Below are positions 30,422 through 47,889 of a stretch of DNA of 64,000 nucleotides, piece by piece (the stretch's first letter is position 1; each line of letters opens with the position of its first letter). The stretch is taken from the NCBI RefSeq assembly GCF_009914755.1, contig NC_060927.1. One strand, given 5' to 3'. Source of the DNA: the human T2T-CHM13v2.0 reference genome, Homo sapiens. Under the pieces are notes generated by a model. That model had not been told where the DNA came from and made no database searches. It saw nothing but the letters and a program-made list of their open reading frames with translations. Position numbers and translations under genes: made by a program.

Positions 30422-32759
30422 CTATAGGACTATTCTAGAATCATTACTCCTTAATCCAAGTTTGTATCCATGGAACATTCTTACTGAAAATGAAGCCATT
30501 GCATATGGAACCTACAGATTTCTCAGACTTGTGGTAGGCCCACTGTGATCTCAATCTGAATCCTCATGTACAAGAATTGGAAATGCAAAGACAGGAAGAT
30601 TTGCTCGCTCTTTGCCCAATAGTATACTCTTAATTCCTGTTAAGGTTATTTTTCCATTTTAAAATTTGTTTAAAACCAGTATTCTATTGTCACTATGAAG
30701 AGATCTGTAACCATAGAAAAATCACAGCCCCTCCCAGGGTGACAATTTATTAAATTAAAAAAATATACAAATAAGAAAAATAATGAGTAATCTTAAAAAT
30801 CCCCTGGAGTAGTTGTGACAATTAAATAAGTCAAGGACTTTGGAATAAAAAAGGACTTTGGAAAAGTCCTTTTTGAAAGTACTAGTTCAATTAGAAAAAT
30901 AAATTATAGTGAAATATAATAGTATTTCTATACCTGTTTAAATTTTTAAATGTTAACGTATGTTATGTATGGGGCAGTCCTAGTAAGTATACGTATAGAA
31001 ATTGAGAGTAATAAAAATAAAGGTGTCTGGAATATTCTTGTACCCTTGAACATTTGGAGACATAAATATGAAACATGCAATCAGCTGTGAACATTTGAAA
31101 ATAGAATCAAATTACCAAAGATTCAGAAGCATATATTTCTTTAACACTGTAAGCATTTTTTGTCTTTGTCTATGAGCAATTCAATTATTTTCTTTCTGAA
31201 ATAAATTAAGTAAAGCTTATTGAGTCTGATCAGCCCTTGTTTCCAGGGAATTGCAGTTCAATTTCATTTTTAATTAGAATTGAACATTGTGGATTTCTTA
31301 GCACTGGTAAGCAAGATCTAGCAACAAAGTATGTACTTAATTTGTATTAAGTTTCTGAAATTTAGTGTAAAGAGTGAGTAATATGTCTGGTTAATATTTA
31401 AACACCTCACAATGTTCTGTTGTAGAAGTTTCCATTTATAAAAGCTGCTGTCCTGTAACAAATTACTTTCACTTTCAAATAAACCTGTTATCACAACATG
31501 AGCAAAACTTATTCAATTAAAGCAGAAAACAAAGTAAAGTAATTATTTACTCCCACTTGATGTGCACAGTAACTTGTAAAGATTCTACAAATGCCTATGA
31601 GAGGTAGATATGCTGGCTTAAACATCATTTTTGCTTAAATATTATTGTTTTAATCAAGTTTAGATGTATTCATGTGGGATAGACATTTTTACAGAGAAAA
31701 CCATTTTTTTTATGAAAGAAGAGAGACATAATTTCCATTGTGATAAACCCACATGGAAAGAAGCTGTGAACCGTAAGATCAGTTGTGCTGACTTTTTATC
31801 TTTCAGCTTTTCACACCTGTTTCTGTTTTGTGTCTTGTTTGCTCAATATCTCTCTAATGTTGTTCATCACATTGGGGATACTTGAGAGCTGTACGTCTAA
31901 GTATCTGTTTTCATCATTTCTTTGCACTCAGACGTTAAACTGCGTATGTTCTCTTCCTAGCATCCTGTCTTAATACAGTACCAAAGCAATGGAAAGGAGG
32001 TAGGGGGTTGCGTGGCAGGGGACTGGCGGTAGATGCCTAAGTCACCTGGGATATAGTCCACTGAAATAATACTCGGAACTAGAAACCCTTAGATGTCTGT
32101 GATGAAAAATGTAGCATGTTGGTTTAACAGTGAATGTCTTGTTCAAAAGGTAAATTAGAGCCAGGATGGGCTTTTGTTATCTCATCTCTTTAAATAATAT
32201 CTAGGATTTGAATGACAATATACATGTGGGCAATTTATTTATTCACCCCAGATGGAATAGGGATGCCTTTCTGGACTAGGGAAGTGGAATCTCTAACTTT
32301 GACCTCTGATGGGTTTGTACTGTTAAAAGAGTTTATCAATTTCTACCAGACAGGATTGCAAAGGCAACTGGTAATCTATAAACTATACAGACAAGTGACA
32401 TGCACTCTGACCCTTCTTTGCCAACTATAAATCTTTCTAATTAGTGAAATTCTTTCTGTTCTTAATTGAATTCTGTACATGAACTAGGCATCCAATTTGC
32501 TCCCCTATAAAAGAAGCTAGCAATAATTCATGGTCATGTATATGAATCCTTGAGCATGCCCAGGAGTGAAAATATCCCTTAGCTGTTTGTATCTGTACTC
32601 ATCCTGTATAATTATACAATTAAATACGTTAATTTCAAGAGGGGTTGAGAAATTACATCTCTGTGAAATAGATCCCTTCTTTTTAATGAAGAAAAATGAA
32701 TAATAAAGTAACAAATTTATTTCCCTGATTGGTAAGGAAAATGTAATAAATCATGTATC

Positions 32760-33087
<328 letters not shown>

Positions 33088-34929
33088 TAAATTATAAAAT
33101 TGTAGAAAAAAAAACGTGGTTTAAAAAAATTATAGAAGAACTAGAAGACCTTAAAGAAACTTTTGTTTTTCAGGATAACTGTTTTTTTTTTCAGCTTCCC
33201 TGACACTACTCCCCACCCTAGACAAATGCAAAGAAATCACATAACCTAAATTCTCAATCTGGTTTCCCTCTTTCTCTTCTTTATCATAACCACCAAAATA
33301 AATAAATTGATTAATAATAAAATAAGGAGGAAAAAATAATTTGCATATTACGTAGCATTTTACGTTTCTGAAAATCCTTCAGATATATTACCTCCTTTGA
33401 ATCTGCTAGTCATTTTCTGTATTTGGCAGGGCAGATGTCATCCCTTTTTATGAATGAACTTCAGAGCTTTTCAGTGTCATGCCCAGCATGTCTCTCTTAA
33501 TTGCTGGTTCAGGACAAGACCCTTACTCTCAGTCCAGTGTTTTTTCATCTGCTAATGTTGCTGGCAGGCCAAACAACAGAAAAACAAGTAGACAAATTCA
33601 AATGTACTACTAGTAGCTTATAATATCATACGGAACTTGCAAGCAGTGTAAGATTTGAAGTTTTTATGATAAAATTTCCAAAGTGATTTGACATATACCT
33701 TTAATGATAATACTCATTTGCTTTTTTTCCAAATACATTCTTTTTATACCCACCAGCCTTGGAGGAGAATTATATATAAACATTTATTTAAAGCAAATAA
33801 TGCCAAAATAAATGACTTTATTGTTTTCTTTATCTTCATAGGATGATTCATAATGCTATAAATTACAAAGTCATTGAACATCAAATATACATTTAGTCAC
33901 CATTTTTTTTTCTTTTATATATAAGAAAATTGGAAGCTCCATTTAGTATTTCAGTTATAAAGACAATTTTGAAGGCAGTAGAAATAGAAGAATGTTGATT
34001 CTTATACACATTGACGTATCAGAAAATTATGTATGTCACTAAACCTAACCAATAGCTAATCTCTGATATTTTATTACCTTTAGAGATATTTTATACTTAT
34101 TAGTTATTATCTGTAAGTTTCTCCCCATTTATTATGGCTTTATTATATATACTCTTAGTTAAGAATATTGGTAGCTTAATAAAAAATTTAAATATAGTAA
34201 ATTTTCACAGACTAAATGATGAAGAGCTCTATACTTTTTATTTGAGCTTGCTTACTCAATGAAAAAAAAATCTATAATCCCAGAGGTTCATGCATGTCAC
34301 TATGGTCATTTTTTATCTCCTCACCCCCATCTCTTCCTCTCTGTCTCATACGATTACATATATAAGCACTAAAAATAAATAGTAAGTTGGTAAATCAGAA
34401 GCCTACTGTCTTTATGATTTAATATCAAACATATAGTACTAATATTATTTTCTGTTCCTTTTGAATATAATCTGTTTGGTTCAAAAGAAGCAGCATGTCT
34501 ACAGATGAAAAAAAAAAGTGCATGCAGTTGATAATATTAACAATATATTTACTAATAAGGTTTGTATGTTTCCCCCCCAATATTGGCTGTGAGGAGTGGA
34601 ATCACCTTAGAAAACTTATTAAAGATGAATGCTCTTTATTCTTTTCACTTCATAAACCACCGTAACAGGAGTTTATAAGCACCTTAACTGTGCCACTGTG
34701 TTTTCAGTTCCTCGGATACTTCTTTCTGAAAATAAAAGAAATGAGGAAAATACTTTCTGGTCCCCACTCTGGAACTATATACTCAATCTAGAACATGGAT
34801 TTTTTTTTTTTTTTTTAAGGCTGGGCTTCTTCCATGCCACAACCATTGCAAAAATTGTCAAATAACATTATATGAATTTAAAAAAGAAATCTATAAAGTC
34901 ACATTATTATTTTCCATTACTTGGAAGCA

Positions 34930-35120
34930 ATGTGGCTTACTGGGAGAAAAGTACAGGAAAATACCTTATGAAGACACATTTCTGTCTATTCATTTCCAGT
35001 CCGAAATATATTAACTGTGTGGTCTTGATCTTGTGATCCTGACATCATGGTTGCTTTATTTGTAAAATAAGAATAATTCCACAGTTTTATTTTGAGGCCA
35101 CAATGGGAAATTAGTTTAAG
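34930..35120 (+). mobile_element. MIR fragment
   Basis: taactgtgtggtcttg...ctttatttgtaaaataagaataatt. Confidence 0.45.
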
Positions 35121-35165
35121 GTGGAATCAGTATATCTTATGAAACAGGAAATGCTCCCTTACCCA

Positions 35166-35322
35166 CCCTCTTTCCTTCCTTCTTCCCTCCCTCCCTTTAT
35201 CCCTTCCTCTCTCCCTCCCTCCCTTCTTTCCTTCCTTTCCTGCTTCCTTCCTTCCTTCCTTCCTCTCTCCCTCCCTCCCTCCTTCCTTCCTTCCTTCTTT
35301 CCTCCCTCCCTTCTTCCTTCCT
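35166..35322. repeat. (CCTT/CCCT)n polypyrimidine tract
   Basis: About 155 nt almost purely pyrimidine on the + strand. Confidence 0.97.
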
Positions 35323-36174
35323 GAATTATGATAAAAGCTGAAGATTATATTCAGAACTCTGCAGCAGCCCTAACTTTCTAAATAACTTCAAGTATTTTTT
35401 TCCTTTACAAAAGCAGGAGGTCATTGCTTCTTATTAATCTTGCTAGAATTATTTAAATAACTTCAGATACATCAAGTAAAGCAATTTGAAATCCTAATTA
35501 AAGGTGTTCAGTGAATTTGAAGAAGAATGATGTGATTATGCCTTGGATATACTCAGTCTGATTACAGTGAATTTTCCTAATCATAATAGTCTTTTTTTAA
35601 AACTAACAAAGAAAAATGAGTATATTTCTGAAATATAACAGAGACACTGGAATCTTACAAGAATTTTTAGTGGCATTCTTACAACACAATACATAAGTAA
35701 GGGGCCAGATGGCAAACCTATTAATAGAAAAACCATCTGAAAAAGAAAGGATAACGTAATATTTGAGCTTCGGAAGTAAAAATATCTGCCTAAGAAGTGA
35801 TTATATATTACGTGTCCAGTATTTTTATTTTTCACATATGCTAGACCTATTTAATTTGAATAAATAAGAATGTACTATGAGATGTCAGGTTCATGTTTTT
35901 TTAAGTTTATTTTTTATGTTACTATACGTATGAAATTTTAATCTAAAATGTCCCAATCTATTGTTTCTGTGTACATTAATCCCCATGACAGGGCTTTGCA
36001 AAAATCCAGTTCTTTTTTTTTTTTAACCATCTAAATAAACAGGCATATAACTCTCATAGTATTGATTTCAGTGTCTTCTTAGAAAGCAGATCACTGTAAG
36101 AAGCATTTGATGTGTTTTATAAATTCACCCTTTAGCCAGTCTGTTTGTAAAGGATGGACGTATAATTGAGAGGA

Positions 36175-36400
36175 AAGGCATACTTCAGTGAAAAGATTAC
36201 GAGACTTGAATTCAGAAAACTCAAGTTTGATTCCTGCCATTACCACTTACTAGCTCTGACCCTGGGCCATTCCCTTAACCTTCATGAAGCACAATTTCAG
36301 TGACTGGATAAAGAGAATTATAGTAACTTATATCAAATGATCTGAGTAAAAATCAACAAATAAGAGATAGTGCCTGGCACATGGGAAATATACAGTTAAG
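36175..36400 (+). mobile_element. MIR
   Basis: ttgattcctgccattaccacttactagctctgaccctgggccattcccttaacc...gatagtgcctggcacatg. Confidence 0.75.
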
Positions 36401-36503
36401 TACTTGATAATTTGACCTAAAGTTGACTCAAAGATCCAGATCGTAATCACAATAATGTTCCTAAGTCTTTGTATAGTTTGGCACATATTTGCCTTATGTG
36501 GAT

Positions 36504-36880
36504 TTATTAGTTTGCTAGGGCTGCCATAGTAAAATACCATAGACTGGGCGGCTTAAACTACGAAAAATTATTTTCTCACAGTTTGGAGTCAAGAAGTCCA
36601 AGATCAAAGGCTGATAGGTTTGGTTTCTCCTAAGGCCTTTCTCCTAGGCTCAGTGTGTCCTCATATGGCCTTTTTATTCTGTGCACATGCATTTCTGGTA
36701 TCTCTTCTTTTGCTTCTGAGTACCTGAGTCATATTGCATTAGGGCCCACCCATTCGACCTCATTTAACCTTAATTACTTCTTTAAAGGTCCTATTTCCAA
36801 ATATAGTCACATTCTGAAGTATACTAGATGTCAGGACTTCAACATATGCATTTTGAGGGAACACAATTCAGTCCATAACA
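36504..36880 (-). mobile_element. MLT1A/B MaLR solo LTR
   Basis: tattagtttgctagggctgccatagtaaaataccatagactgggcggcttaaac...ccaaatatagtcacattctga...gaacacaattcagtccataaca. Confidence 0.88.
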
Positions 36881-37348
36881 GTGAGACTTAAATTTTTCTG
36901 TAAAACTAAGGTCTTATTTTTGTTACTCTTCTTATCTACATGAAGATTCAGAAAGCTTTTCTAGCTATAGAGGCCAGGTGGACATTCCTTGTGCTGGACC
37001 AATGTTTTGAAGGAGCTAAATGATGGAAATAATACAAGCTTTTCCGTTTGGTTCTTGATATCCAAGTGGTAGTTCAGGATGCCATATATTCTGACCAGCA
37101 AAAGTAAAAAGATCGGGATTACATTTTACTGGCTCAAAAGGGTGAGAAGGCAATTTAGGAGCATCTGTGAATGGACGAAATCCTACCTGTGGAATTCAAC
37201 TACTATTCCCTTGCTAGACACTGTGAATAAGTAGACTGCCCAAATGGCAATAACAGCATCCTCCTTCCGAGCGAGAAAATATGTTTTGGTTAAAAGTAAC
37301 AATAGAAGTTAATAAGAAGAGAAGTTGGATAGCAGGAATCAGAAAAGT

Positions 37349-37657
<309 letters not shown>

Positions 37658-38123
37658 GAAAAGTGAAAAGTGTCCTTTCTCTCTTACCTTCTCTGGCATT
37701 AATTTTCCTTGAATAATAAAATGTTACTGCCGTGTCCTGCCCATATATTGCTAGTACCATGTATTTCAGAGCTGATTATTTGGCAATTGATAGGACCTAT
37801 AGGTTTATGTACTATACATCAAAAGAATGTCTTAGTATGGTGCCCTGCAAGAAATATGGAATCAGCCACCTTGCAGTTGGCCAAAAATATTTTATTTATA
37901 AAAATATGTCAGCAAGATAAAATTACACATTCAAACTTCGTTGGGCTAGTCTCCACCACACTCTTCATCTCTACTCTTAGATAACAAAACAAAAATCAAA
38001 ATAAAATAAACCTATTTTTAATTATGTATTTTTACAGAAGGATAAAGAGAGAACATAACACATTTAATTAAATGTATTGTGTCTCAAATTTCAAGAGCAA
38101 GCTGATTAATACTTACCTTCACA

Positions 38124-38125
38124 TT

Positions 38126-38180
<55 letters not shown>

Positions 38181-38240
38181 CTATACATACTGTAAAATAG
38201 TTTTGAAAAGTAAAATTAGCGTTTTCTAGTATATATAGTT

Positions 38241-38292
<52 letters not shown>

Positions 38293-38293
38293 A
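38124..38293. repeat. Two (TA)n tracts ((TA)24 and (TA)21) around a 57-bp templated insert; the second tract is the core of a 54-bp perfect palindrome
   Basis: ttctaac(TA)24-insert-tatatagtt-ctaac(TA)21gttaga. Confidence 0.95.
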
Positions 38294-39203
38294 TAAGGTA
38301 CCGCAACAAAATGTATTGTATAAGTTTTCTTGCCAGTAGGTGTTAATGGTCAAGCAAAATAGCATCCATGTAATACACTTGTACCATATACAGTATGTTT
38401 TTCATTCATTCATTACTGGATACATATCATAATTTATTCATCAACTCGACAACAATAGAAATATTATTTTCTGCTAGGCACTCTATGAGGCATTGGGTAG
38501 AAAAGATGAAGCTATAAGGTTTCTGCTTCAAGCCAGTCACAATCTAGTGCCACTGCAGTTACCTACCAAGTCCTTTTTAATTGCTGGGAAGAAAGACAAA
38601 ATACAATGTCACTTGGTTTACTGTGGGCATACAAATACTTCCAATGATGCATTCTTTGTTATTGTTGTTGATGGAGCTATAATGTAGCTTGATGGGAGTT
38701 GACTGACCTTGGGTGTAAAAACTGAAAAGTGTCGCAGCATGACTAAGGACTATTTCTCAGTTGCTAGTCTAGCACCCTGTATCAGGCACCTACCTTGCTC
38801 ATGTTGGGATGTTAGCACCCATGAAAACTTGGACAAGGATTACATTGAGTTAAGCACTTAGTGATTCTTTGAGCTAAATAATAGAGGGTGGGAGGCATAT
38901 GTAAAGGAGGTTTGTTTAACGATCCCTGTATTCATTGAAAATGTAATGTGAAATATTTATATATTTTTGAGGGAGAATCATTAACTATGGAAGGATTAGG
39001 AATTATCAGTAATGGACATTTTGTATAAACATGTTAATAAATTTATGTAATATTTAACTTCTCTCCTGGGAATAAAACACTTTTTGAAGAACTTTTAGGG
39101 TAGAAATATTCCCAATATAAACAGAATATTGAAAGCTGTGTTAACAGTGTTCATTTAACCCTGTATGATTATGCAATTGTCATATACATGCAGCAGCATA
39201 TTT

Positions 39204-39260
39204 TAGGCTATAAATACTGTGAAATAGTTTTGAAAAATAAAATTAGCATTTTCTAGTATA
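39204..39260 (+). repeat. Second (probable donor) copy of the 57-bp segment at 38177-38233
   Basis: taggctataaatactgtgaaatagttttgaaaaataaaattagcattttctagtata; 53/57 identical. Confidence 0.92.
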
Positions 39261-41214
39261 AAATTAGAGCTGAAAAGGAAGAAAGGAATAGTTTATTTAC
39301 TCAGAAGAATTTTAATGGGTAGATTCTAAATATTTCAGTTTTCTTTATATTGTGGCTAAAAGAAGTTTAATACAAAATTAAAATGTTCTTACTATATATT
39401 CCCATAAACCACATCATAACATTATTTTAAGGCTTTTTTAACAATAGAAATTTTGATGTTTTGGGGGGAGAATATATTCCTCACCAATAGTTTAGAAGCA
39501 AATTTCATATATGACCCTATATTTAAAAATGCAATTAATGTGTCTTTGTAAACATTTAACAAAATCATTGAGTTAGACTACATGGTTTTTCATTTAGAGC
39601 AGAAAGGATCTTTGGGAACAATATAATTCAGTCTTTGCATTCTTTGGATGATGAAACCAAGGCATAGAAAAATTATGTAAGTTGTCACATAGCTATTTAG
39701 TATCAAGGTTGGTACCAAATTTCTGAATTGTTTCCCCTACTAATGATTTTTTACCTCTCTTGGTTATGATGTATTTTCAAGTAACAGAAGCCTTGTCAAA
39801 GAAAGGGAGGAAAATATTACCCAGTTCAAGTAAAAGGAGTACAGCAGGACCTGGAGTCTGTGCACGGTATTCCCTCTTTTGCCCACCCTCATCTACATTT
39901 TCTCTGACTGTCTGCTCCTTTTTTGTCAACAGTTTCCATCAAAAGGCTCATAGTTTCTGTACCCTGAGCAAGGTGGTTATGTCGTTGAGCATGGCAAAGG
40001 ACCTCCCAGCCTATCACATATAGTTATTTGAGAGAGATAAGTCAGGAATAGTTGAAGTTCAGTGTCAGGAAATCTTGGCGTAAGACTTGACCCCATTTTT
40101 CAGGAATTAGACCCCCATGTAGTCATCGTTCTATATCTTAAGCTATCTCAAACCCTAAGAGGTACTGAGCAGGACTAAATACTTTTGCCAAGGGACAATC
40201 TGCCACCAGCTGAAGCAGATAGCCCAGAGACAGCAGATTTCACCCCTTTTATGTAGCTTTGTCTTTGAATGCATTTTAAAAAATATAGTCCTTCCAGAGT
40301 AGCATATTTTTTCTGAACATTTTAGACAACCCCAACCTCAGCATGTTCAAAATGTAGTTAACAATACAGAGGAACACTTCTCATTTGGTTTGGTATAAGC
40401 AGTGTCTTTTATTGCCAACTTCACTGGAAATCCAAAAATAGATAATTTCTGAAATTAAGTGTCTTTATTTCTAAATTAAGAGCACTATGATGGCCAGTGA
40501 CAGATGCCACCAGGAGCCAAATTTGACAGCATTGAACAGGTGTTCATCTCAGGTCAAACCATTGCAGGCAGACAGTGGAAGAGGGAGCTAAATCACATAT
40601 TGGGCTGTATCCCTTCAGGGCTGTGGGTGAGTAATCTCTAGCCAAAAATAGTATATGATTACACCCTATTGCTTAATTATAGGCCATCAGCTATAGAAAA
40701 ATTCACGTTCTGTATTGATTATAAAAGGGGTCACAACATGTTACCAAATATACTCAGAAGAGACACAACTGGCAATTCTAGCTTGATACTTTTGACTTAG
40801 CTCTAAAACACTAGGTTTCATGAACATTGAACAGTCAAATAGTTATTGTACTTACCTTTACAGAAGGAGTTCTTGAGGATATTTTGACTATCCCACCAAA
40901 GCAGGGTTAGCACATTAAAAAAAAAATGTGGATTCCCATATCCCTTTCCTCTGCTTGTGGAAGACATCACTCATAGAACCACTTTTGCAATGACCCTGAA
41001 CCTGACCTCACAATCCCTCCCTAGACAGCTATTCTTTCCCAGTTAATTGGAGTTAGCTCTCAAGATAGAAATATTTGGCCATCCCGCTGGTAAACTGAAC
41101 TTCCTTAGATGTTCACAGACCTTGTCCTACTTCTCTCCATATCCCAATTCCAGTGTTTTACTTTCAAAAAAGTGACACCCAATATGTGGTTATAGATGGA
41201 TAAGTGGCCCAGAA

Positions 41215-41995
41215 ATCTTAAAAATAGTTTTTCACAACAAGTAATTCTCAAAAAAATATGTAAATAGCCCAAATCATACAGAAATAGGTTTAACTTGACT
41301 TGTAATTAAAATATATGTTTTTGACAAATTATTTTTGGGTACATTGGTAAATATTGCTTAAAAAGAAATAATGTTAATTGTTGGTGAGAATGAAGAGAAG
41401 CAAAAACATATATAGCTAGTAAGACTCTAACTTAGCTCCTCTGAAGGGAAAATAGCTTATCAAAAATCATCAAAAAATGAATGATTTGAACCGGAAATTC
41501 CACCTGTGGAAATATATTTCATGAAAATAGATATTGTTGCAGAGATTTTGCTACAAGCATGTTTATTGCATATAATATTGAAAAATTATAAAGAGTTTAA
41601 AATTATTTTAATTAACAAATTAAAAATTAACAACTGTTATATGACTAACAGTCAGGGATTCGTTAAATAACATGTATGCCTCTCTTTATAGTAGTATTTA
41701 TATTATATATATGTAAATGTAACAGTTTATGGCAATTTAAATTATATAAAATTGTATTTATCAACAGACAAATGTTTATTTTGTACTGATAAGCAAATGA
41801 AAATGCAGAGTAGCATTTATGATGTGGTTTTACTTTGTTTTAGTGTACGTATGTATGTTCATAAACCCTAGTAAAAGGGTCTAGACACCCCATCAAGTTA
41901 ACATTAACTATTTCTTGACAGAAAAAATGATGGAACTTTTTTTTCCTTTGCCTACACCTTTTTCTCTGTGATGATCATGAATTACTTTAGTAATA
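41215..41995 (+). mobile_element. Diverged L1ME-like 3' fragment
   Basis: aattccacctgtggaaatatat...acaagcatgtttattgca...ggattcgttaaataa; very degenerate. Confidence 0.5.
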
Positions 41996-42204
41996 AAAGG
42001 TAATTTTTTAATATTTAGAAACTTGCTGTCCAGCGAAGTTTTTATTTTTTTCCTCAAAAAACTTTTGTTAGTTTTTATTTATTTAAAAAGTAATACAGAA
42101 TACTGAAAGAAGATATAAAAATGAACAATACTCCCACCTACAGAATGCCACTCTTAACATTTTGCAGTATGTACATTCATTTATTTACAAACAGATATTT
42201 TTGT

Positions 42205-42555
42205 TGTCTATTGAGGCATATTTTGCATACAGTAAAATTAACCATTTTAAGGTGATGTGTGTATGATATATGATGAATGTAACAACCACTACAATCAAGA
42301 TACAGAATATTTCCATCTCCCTCAAAATCCCCTCCTCACCTTTGTAATTAAACTACTCTCCCCAACCGCTCTCTAGCAATCACTGATCTGATTTCTGGTC
42401 CCAGGGTTTCAACTTTTTGAGAATGTCATGTACATGGAATTATACAGGAAGCAGCTTTTTTAGTCTGCCTTCTTTCATTTAGCATGATGCTTTTGAGATT
42501 CATCCATGTTTCCCTTTTAATTGCAGAGTTATATTCTATTATATTTTTATATATT
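42205..42555 (-). mobile_element. L1ME/MD 3' end
   Basis: gcatacagtaaaattaaccattttaagg...accactacaatcaagatacagaatatttccatc...tcatttagcatgatgcttttgagattcatccatg. Confidence 0.8.
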
Positions 42556-43092
42556 CTTCTATAGTAAGCAAACATTCAAAATCATTCAATTGATTATTCT
42601 TTTTAAGAATAGCTATTTCTGCATGTAAACATTAGACTCTCCCTCCCCCACATGGGTGGGGGTGAGGATTTGAAGAGTAAGTCTTAAATGCAGCTCTCTC
42701 ATTCACACATTCTTTGCTCTTTTTCCTTTTCTCATTCCCCATTTCTCCTTAAATTCTTCCCTCCTTTCTACTAAAACACTGAAGGGAAAATAATGACAAA
42801 AGTCTGATATGCATGGTTGTTATAGAAGAGAAATTAGTCATTTGTGTTTTACTTAGGTTCTCAATGTTAGTTTATTTAATCATAAAAATAATACATGCTG
42901 TTCATTACACCAAAAATTGGAAGAGCATTTTTAAAGGACTAGAAAAAATGCCATTATTGTGGCATACTTAAATTCTATATCTGTTTCTATTTTTGGCACA
43001 TTGTTTTAAAATCATGCTATATATGCAATTGTGTTTTATTTTTCCTAATAGGAGGGCTTCCCAAATATTTTCTCAGGGCTCTCCTTTCTTTA

Positions 43093-43434
<342 letters not shown>

Positions 43435-44137
43435 TCATTCTCTCATTTAGCAATACTCTTGAAAGCCTGCTAAGTGCAAGGTGTACAATGATAGAGAAGG
43501 TAAGCACAATCCCTGTCCTCAGCGAATGGTGCTGCCTTGCTTACTCCACTGCAAAAGTTAATACGCAACATAAGCAGTAATTGGGGAGTGAAGTATGGTT
43601 GTTAACTAAAGTCACACAACGAGCAGTGACTGCCTATATTGAATATGACCTTCAGTCATGTTCTCCTTTATTATCTTTATGTTCTCTAATTACTTTTCCT
43701 CTCTCTTGAAAAACTAATAGAATTAGCAAATCATGATTATTGTTTTTCATATGAGATAAGTCATACTAAGATGACTAAAATGAATAAGCTTTTTACAAAA
43801 AAAAATCAATTTAAAGAGTTAAAATAAAAAGAAACTTAGTATATTGTCAAGTTCTTCTGTTCCATCATACTTATGTATTGTGTGCTTACCAAGGAACAGA
43901 GAGGAATCTTTACGTTAAATATGTCTCAAATGACAGGGTCTATTCTCAAAACATTTAACGACGGGGGCAGAACAAGGGTTGATCTTTCAGAAGGAGACCC
44001 CCATAAGGTTACGTGTAAATTCCTCAGTTGCTATATCTGGGAGGTCTGGCTGGTACCTCCAGGCAGAGACCAAGATGACTAGTATACTGGGGTCTGTCAG
44101 GAGGTTCAGGACAGTGGCTATTTTCTAAACAGTGTGA

Positions 44138-47067
<2,930 letters not shown>

Positions 47068-47300
47068 GAACCTTATGTATGGTAGATCCTCTATTAATCC
47101 AAAAAAAGTAGAAAGTTAAAATCCACTTAGTTAAAAATCAGAGAGTGAGGAATTCCATGAATAGACAATTGAAATAAAATATAGACATTATAGCAATGCT
47201 GGTAGAGATAGAGAAAAACCGGAGGAAAAAAAAAAAGGCCAGTAGAAAAAGCTTCTGGGCTTGATAGAAATCTAAAATCTCTGCTTATTTTAAAAGAAAA

Positions 47301-47652
<352 letters not shown>

Positions 47653-47738
47653 TTATCATAGCCACATTGGCAAAATGGCACTATATGAACTTTTAATGTG
47701 CATGATAATATTTTTAATAGCTTGCTTCCCTCTTTTAG

Positions 47739-47889
47739 CTTTCCTCATTGGAAAAGGCTGGATTTGGAGGTGTTCTTCTGTATATCGATCCTTGTGATTT
47801 GCCAAAGACTGTGAATCCTAGCCATGATACCTTCATGGTGTCACTGAATCCAGGAGGAGACCCTTCTACGCCTGGTTACCCAAGTGTCG
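47739..47889 (+). CDS. NAALADL2: Internal coding exon (151 bp, phase 0 start, phase 1 end) of NAALADL2, inactive N-acetylated-alpha-linked acidic dipeptidase-like protein 2 (M28B/PSMA-TfR family); probably exon 5
   Basis: Acceptor cttccctcttttag, donor G|gtaagt; open frame LSSLEKAGFGGVLLYIDPCDLPKTVNPSHDTFMVSLNPGGDPSTPGYPSV with family motifs GVLLYxDP and GDPxTPGYP; peptide recognised from memory, exon number not verifiable here. Confidence 0.93.
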
